Of a stretch of 64,000 nucleotides of DNA, positions 57,581-64,000 are shown piece by piece. The position numbers and the translations under genes were made by a program. The stretch is from Octopus vulgaris (lineage: Eukaryota), in NCBI GenBank assembly GCA_951406725.2, contig OX597834.1:9672001-9736000 (forward strand). Reading direction: 5' to 3'. Within the stretch, counting starts at the first letter, position 1. Each line of letters starts with the position of its first letter. The notes under the pieces were generated by a model. It saw only the letters and a list, made by a program, of their open reading frames with translations, was not told the origin of the DNA and ran no database searches.

Positions 57581-57591
57581 TAATATATTTA

Positions 57592-58582
57592 TATAGATAG
57601 AGATAGAGACAGAAAGATAGAGACAGATAGATAGAAATAGAGACAGATAGATAGAGATAGAGACAGATAGATAGAGATAGAGACAGATAGATAGAGATAG
57701 AGACAGATAGAGATAGAGACAGATAGATAGAGATAGAGACAGATAGAGATAGAGACAGATAGATAGAGATAGAGACAGATAGATAGAGATAGAGACAGAT
57801 AGATAGAGATAGAGACAGATAGATAGAGATAGAGACAGATAGATAGAGATAGAGACAGATAGATAGAGATAGAGACAGATAGATAGAGATAGAGACAGAT
57901 AGATAGAGATAGAGACAGATAGATAGAGATAGAGACAGATAGATAGAGATAGAGACAGATAGATAGAGATAGAGACAGATAGATAGAGATAGAGACAGAT
58001 AGATAGAGATAGAGACAGATAGATAGAGATAGAGACAGATAGATAGAGATAGAGACAGATAGATAGAGATAGAGACAGATAGATAGAGACAGATAGATAG
58101 AGATAGAGACAGATAGATAGAGATAGAAACAGATAGATAGAGATAGAAACAGATAGAGATAGACAGATTGATAGAGAGAGAGAGAGACATATAGATAGAT
58201 AGAGAGAGAGAGAGACATATAGATAGATAGAGAGAGAGAGAGACATATAGATAGAGAGAGAGAGACATATAGATAGAGAGAGAGAGACATATAGATAGAG
58301 AGAGAGAGACATATAGATAGAGAGAGAGAGACATATAGATAGAGAGAGAGAGAGATATAGATAGAGAGAGAGAGACATATAGATAGAGAGAGAGAGACAT
58401 ATAGATAGAGAGAGAGAGACATATAGATAGAGAGAGAGAGACAGATAGAGAGACAGATAGATAGAGTGAGAGACAGATAGATAGAGTGAGAGACAGATAG
58501 AGAGAGAGAGACAGATAGATAGATAGAGAGAGAGCCAGATAGAGAGAGAGAGACAGATAGATAGATAGACAGATAGATAGAC

Positions 58583-58647
<65 letters not shown>

Positions 58648-58855
58648 GACAGACATGAAGATAGATAGATAGATAGATAGAGACAGACATGAAGATAGAT
58701 AGATAGATAGATAGAGACAGACATGAAGATAGATAGATAGATAGATAGATAGAGACAGACATGAAGATAGATAGATAGACAGACATGAAGATAGATAGAT
58801 AGATAGAGACAGACATGAAGATAGATAGATAGATAGATAGATAGAGACAGACATG

Positions 58856-58887
<32 letters not shown>

Positions 58888-59072
58888 GACAGACATGAAG
58901 ATAGATAGATAGAGACAGACATGAAGATAGATAGATAGATAGATAGATAGAGACAGACATGAAGATAGATAGATAGATAGATAGATAGAGACAGACATGA
59001 AGATAGATAGATAGATAGATAGATAGAGACAGACATGAAGATAGATAGATAGATAGATAGATAGAGACAGAC

Positions 59073-59109
<37 letters not shown>

Positions 59110-59252
59110 GACAGACATGAAGATAGATAGATAGATAGATAGAGACAGACATGAAGATAGATAGATAGATAGATAGAGACAGACATGAAGATAGATAGAG
59201 AGATAGAGAGACAGACAGACATGAAAACAGATAGAGAGAGAGATAGATAGAT
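57592..59252. repeat. GATA-derived minisatellite block with three successive unit types
   Basis: 20-mer agatagagacagatagatag to about 58150; gagagagacatatagata to about 58440; agacagacatgaagatag(atag)n 58645-59225. Confidence 0.95.
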
Positions 59253-60029
59253 GTACGGAATGTGTGACATATTACAGTGTCGATTTACAGTGAATCAAGC
59301 TGAGCTTTTTGTTATATTTCGTCTCTTATTTATCACAATTGCCGTTAAAGAGTAAAAGATGCATAAGTGTTTGAATACGGAATACGAGGTGTCTCGTGTA
59401 CTATAATTGTCGGTACAATTTGTTAATCTCGTTTGCTCGGCATTTGACGGATGTGCGGAGTCATTACAAGAGAATCGTAATTATAATGTGATTTACAAGC
59501 CTCCTTGCTGTAAAGAAACGAATTAAACGCACTATTCCGTGTTGTTGATTTTATAGTATTGCCTGTCTTAGACGTTCTCTTTAAAGATGACCCCTGTCAC
59601 ATTAAAGTTTCGTCTGTCTTTGAAAATGCTATTGATAGAAATGTAGGTCTGACGGAGTGAGAGATGTTTAATAGATACATTGAGTGGTTGGGACTGAGAG
59701 ATGTAAATTGTAAGAGAGTGACAGTCAAATAATGAGAGAGAGAGGGACAGAGACGGAGAAAGAAAAGTTGGTGTCAATTGAGACAGACAAACAGACAGAA
59801 AGAGATTAACAGTTAATAGTTTCTCTGATTCTTAGTATGTAGGTGTGTAGGTATTTAGTTTTGCATGCGAAATTGTGTGTGTGTTTCTAGCGTCCCTGCA
59901 GATGAGTACTTTAATATGGTAATTATAATAATCATTATTATAATTGATATCATTATATTCATCGCCGTTATCAAGTCTTTGGTTTTTAATACTATCGTGG
60001 TGTTCAATTTTATTATCAGTACTCTTATT

Positions 60030-61150
60030 GCAGCAACCTGGCAGATTCGTTACGTGTTCAAATTCCGCCGAGGTCGGCTTTGCCTTTCATCCTTTCGGGG
60101 TCGATAAATTAAGTACAAATTACACACCGGGGTCTATCTAATCGACCTAATCACATTGTCTGTCCTTGTTTGTCTCCTCTATGTCTAGCCCCTTGTGTGC
60201 AATAAAGTAATAAGATTCGTTAGCACACAGGACTAAATGTTTAATGTCCGTCTTTACGTTCAAATTCTGCCAAGGTGCACTACCTTTCATTCTTTCGGGG
60301 TCGATAAATAAGTAACAGTTTAGCAATTGGATCGATTCAATCGACTTAGCTTCTCCCTCAAAATTGATGAACTTGTGCGAAAATTTGAAGCAATTATTGT
60401 TTTAAATCTTGAATTCAAATCCTGCCGAGTTCGATTTTCCTTTTCATCCGTTCGTGGTCGATAAAATAATTACCAGTTGAGAACTTGAATCGCTGTAATA
60501 GACTTGCTCCTTCCTGTACATAAGCGTGCAAAAACACGTATGTAAGCGTACCCACTCATAGTTTATATGTTATTTTTCTTGTGGCAATCGTTTTACCGCA
60601 GCCATAATAGTGCTACAGCACACTTTAGTTTCTTAACTCGAATCCCAGCGAGTTCAACTTCGCCTTTCATGATTTCGTAATCAATAAAACATAGTACCAA
60701 TCAAGTACTAAAGTCGATTTCGTCGTATTCCCTGTAATGGCGTTGTACCAAATTGAAGCCGACGATGTGTTTTGGCAGACTCGTTGGAACATCGTATAAA
60801 ATAACATGTTTTTATGTATTCCGGCTTTTCAAACTCTGAATTCAGAACCTGCCAATGTCAACTTTACCTTTATTTATTCCTGGTGTCAATAAAATGAAGC
60901 AAGACTCAAAAGCTAGTTTTAATTTAATCGGCTATCACGATTCACCTCCCGCATACGCACATATATTCATTATCTTGTACTTGTATAAGAAAACAAATAT
61001 TTCGATTACGATCGTAAAGAGCCAACGTTTTCACGGTATGAGATAACATTTCTTCTTGTGTATGTTACATCATTCTGTTCGCTGATATCAAATGTTTCCG
61101 AGGTCAATTTTTCCATTACACCATTCCGTATTCGAGAAAATTTACATTAA
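60030..61150 (+). mobile_element. Cluster of six same-orientation SINE-B cores
   Basis: ttcaaattccgccgaggtc...tttcatcctttcggggtcgataaa-like cores near 60057, 60259, 60414, 60637, 60841 and 61088. Confidence 0.7.
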
Positions 61151-61395
61151 ATACAGGTGGAAAGAAGCAATAGTTTGTTTCTCCTGTCTTTCAGAATTTG
61201 CTGCGAGGTATGTCCGCTGTTCTTGCTTATCATTTATCGGATCACTGACTCACACTTCCTTGTAAAACGATGCAACTCAACTTCCAGATAGACATTGACT
61301 CACTGACACACGCACAACTATCAATCAATCTATCTATCTACCTACCTATCTGTGTGTGTGTGTCTCTCTCTCTCTCTCTATCTATATGTCAGTCA

Positions 61396-61463
<68 letters not shown>

Positions 61464-61959
61464 GTGTGTATGCCTAGTTCGTACATATCCATCTGTTTTT
61501 ATTTATCCCTCCATCCTTCCATGTATCTATCTATTTATCCAACCATTATCCCATTTATCTAATTCTCTACATGTCTGCATATCAATCTACCTACCTACCT
61601 ACCTATCTATTTTGCCTGACTCTCGATCAAACACACACTCACATAGGAGATATTAATGAAGATATCAGTGGAATAAACTTACACAAGCTGCTAGAAAGCT
61701 GGCTCGTAACCACCAGACCAAAATTTTCAATACATTTCTGCGGGTGTTTGAGTGCGTTCGTGTTAGATATGTGTAGCCCGTTCATGTGTTAACTACTCGC
61801 TACGTTACATAAGGCCAAGTGCCTATACTTCTATACGTCCTTTTTCTCACACATTCTTTTGATATTGCTAATTTCAAATGCTAATTATCCGCAGCTGCCT
61901 GCAATGAAGATAAAATAGCTCTAACCAATTAACTTATATTGCAAATTAAGACAGTCTGG

Positions 61960-62275
61960 AGTGTGTGTTTGTGTGAGTGTGTGTATGTGTGTCTCTTGTT
62001 TGTGATTGTGTATGTGTGTGTTTGTGTGTATGTGTGCCTGTTGTTTGTGATTGTATATGTGTGCGTTGCTTGTGATTGTGTGTGTCGTTTGTGATTGTGT
62101 GTGTTTGTGTGTATGTGTGCCTGTTGTTTGTGATTGTATATGTGTGCGTTGCTTGTGATTGTGTGTGTCGTTTGTGATTGTGTGTGTTTGTGTGTATGTG
62201 TGTCTGTCGTTTGTGATTGCGTATGTGTGCGCTGCTCGTGATTGTGTGTGTCTGTTTGTTTGTTTGTGTTCATCT
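61960..62275. repeat. TG-derived minisatellite (ttgtgattgtg anchors, ~83-bp higher-order unit)
   Basis: Directly visible. Confidence 0.85.
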
Positions 62276-62724
62276 GTCGCTGTGTGGCTGTTTGGCTATG
62301 TATTCGTTTACTCGTCAATAAGACTTGCGAATTGATAACATAGAAAACGCTGTATGTCGTGTAACATTTCATGCAAATAGGCGTTACATGTAGTTAAAAT
62401 TAAGCGTGAATTCATCGGGATAAGGTGCATAATTTATTGAGTTATCTTAGCGCATTCTTGATGAGCGAAAATTGTAATTTTCGTAACAAAATATCTATTG
62501 ATAGTGCATACGGAAATTTTGTAGGGTGAAAATGAATTTAGTATAGAGTAAGTAATATATGATGAGTCTACCGAAAATATCATGCTTGAGTGAAATATAC
62601 CCCCCCCCCCCTCAAAATAAGATTTAATGATATATCGATACTAATGTACGTATAGGCATGAATACATGCGTAGTTATTTGAGTCAGAAAATAAGAGTTAA
62701 GTATCGTCATACAGGTTAACTACC

Positions 62725-62903
62725 CTATCTATCTATCCGCTCAGTCGATGTCGACTCTCGGTCACTCGTTGGATCAGTGTCCTCCAGTCAGTTCTATCCT
62801 GGGCCGCTTCTTTCAAATTGGCTATGTCCATTCCGGTATCACTCTAGATGGTGTCAAGCCAGCGGGTTCTTGGTCGGCCTCTTCCTCTCTTGCCACTGAC
62901 CAT
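62725..62903 (-). mobile_element. RTE (BovB-like) LINE 3' end
   Basis: Minus translation MVSGKRGRGRPRTRWLDTI*SDTGMDIANLKEAAQDRTDWRTLIQRVTESRHRLSG* followed by a (GATA)n tail; matches the RTE G.R.RGRP..RW.D...DR..WR signature. Confidence 0.85.
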
Positions 62904-63596
62904 ACACATACACCAGCAGACACAAAAACTGGAGGTGTGAAAATTTTTTCCAAAAGTAGTAAAATGGAGAAATAATGAAAAATCTATGAGCAAGCGCATC
63001 GAAGCCTGAAACCCATCTACCCTGAATATAAATTTACATTCGAACCAATAATCAATGGTGCATTCTGTTGTGCTATTGAATGTTTAAGGCACCATCTGAA
63101 AGAGATAGTATTTTGAAGAAAAGTTAGAGACCGCTGAACATGGAATTTGCTAAGACAGTCTCTTGGTTGCTGCCCTATCCTAGCTTTTATTTCTCTAGTC
63201 ACCAGAGAAATAAAAGAAAAACACAAGCAACGTGTGCGTGCATGTGTGTGTGTGTGTTATGGTGTATGAGTGCGTGGCTGCGTATCGGAGCGGTTGTATG
63301 CACGAATTTTTTAGAGTTCGATATGCAGAAATTATTGCTGTTAACATTCAACAGAATTGAATTCTGCTTCTTTATTACATACCTACTTCCCTTCTTCTAG
63401 AAGGAATAATTGATTCAAATTTTTGCACAGGACCAGAAAATTTTGTGAGTGTGGGGCAGGTAAATCTATTAGTTTGACCCCTATATTCAACATGTTTATT
63501 TTAGCGATCCAAATAAAATGCAAAACCAACTTCGATGGATTTTGAACCTTTCTAGAAAAAAATATAAGAAATAAAAGGAAAAGATATGCACTTCTA

Positions 63597-64000
63597 CGCA
63601 CACATGCACACGCACACATGCACACGCACACATGCACACACACATACATACGCACACACACATTCATGCACATACACGCACACATACATGCACACACATG
63701 CACACACGTGCACACACACGTGCACACACACGTGCACACACACGTGCACACACACGTGCACACACACGTGCACACATACATGCACACACACGTGCACACA
63801 TACATGCACACATACATGCACACATACATGCAGACATACATGCACACATACATGCAGACATACATGTGCACACATACATGCACACATACATGTACACATA
63901 CATGCACACACACATGCACACACACATGCATACACACATGCACACACACATACAGACATACACACACATATATAGACATACACACACATACACACACACA
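63597..64000. repeat. CA-derived 12-mer arrays (cacacacgtgca, cacatacatgca)
   Basis: Directly visible. Confidence 0.93.

Noticed and set aside
57592-59252. Regular repeats as a CRISPR-like array (also 9124 and 40668)
   Set aside because: Spacers are simple repeats, there are no cas genes, and the context is eukaryotic
59280-59560. Repeat-free island with TGATTTAC and TCATTA homeodomain-like motifs
   Set aside because: Short motifs are frequent by chance at this AT content; needs conservation data

Overview
AT-rich, microsatellite-saturated eukaryotic non-coding DNA with a 100-N gap at 6303-6402. The SINE families look like those I recall from Octopus genomes; this is recognition only, not searched. 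No host protein-coding exon, rRNA, true tRNA or CRISPR is supportable, and all long ORFs in the track are translations of simple repeats. The window contains three tRNA-derived SINE families (working names SINE-A, B, C), a decayed CR1-type LINE, an RTE/BovB-type 3' end, mariner remnants and a non-autonomous Helitron. It also has TAA-tailed retroposon fragments and several (TA)n-embedded short elements carrying hammerhead-ribozyme-like cores typical of Penelope-like elements. Most notable are a 118-bp palindrome of two back-to-back hammerhead motifs (10471-10588), a candidate recursive splice site TTTTGCAG|GTAAGT (36747/36748), a LINE-SINE shared 3' stem-loop, a Helitron head-to-tail junction and a polarised array of decaying SINE-B cores (60030-61150).
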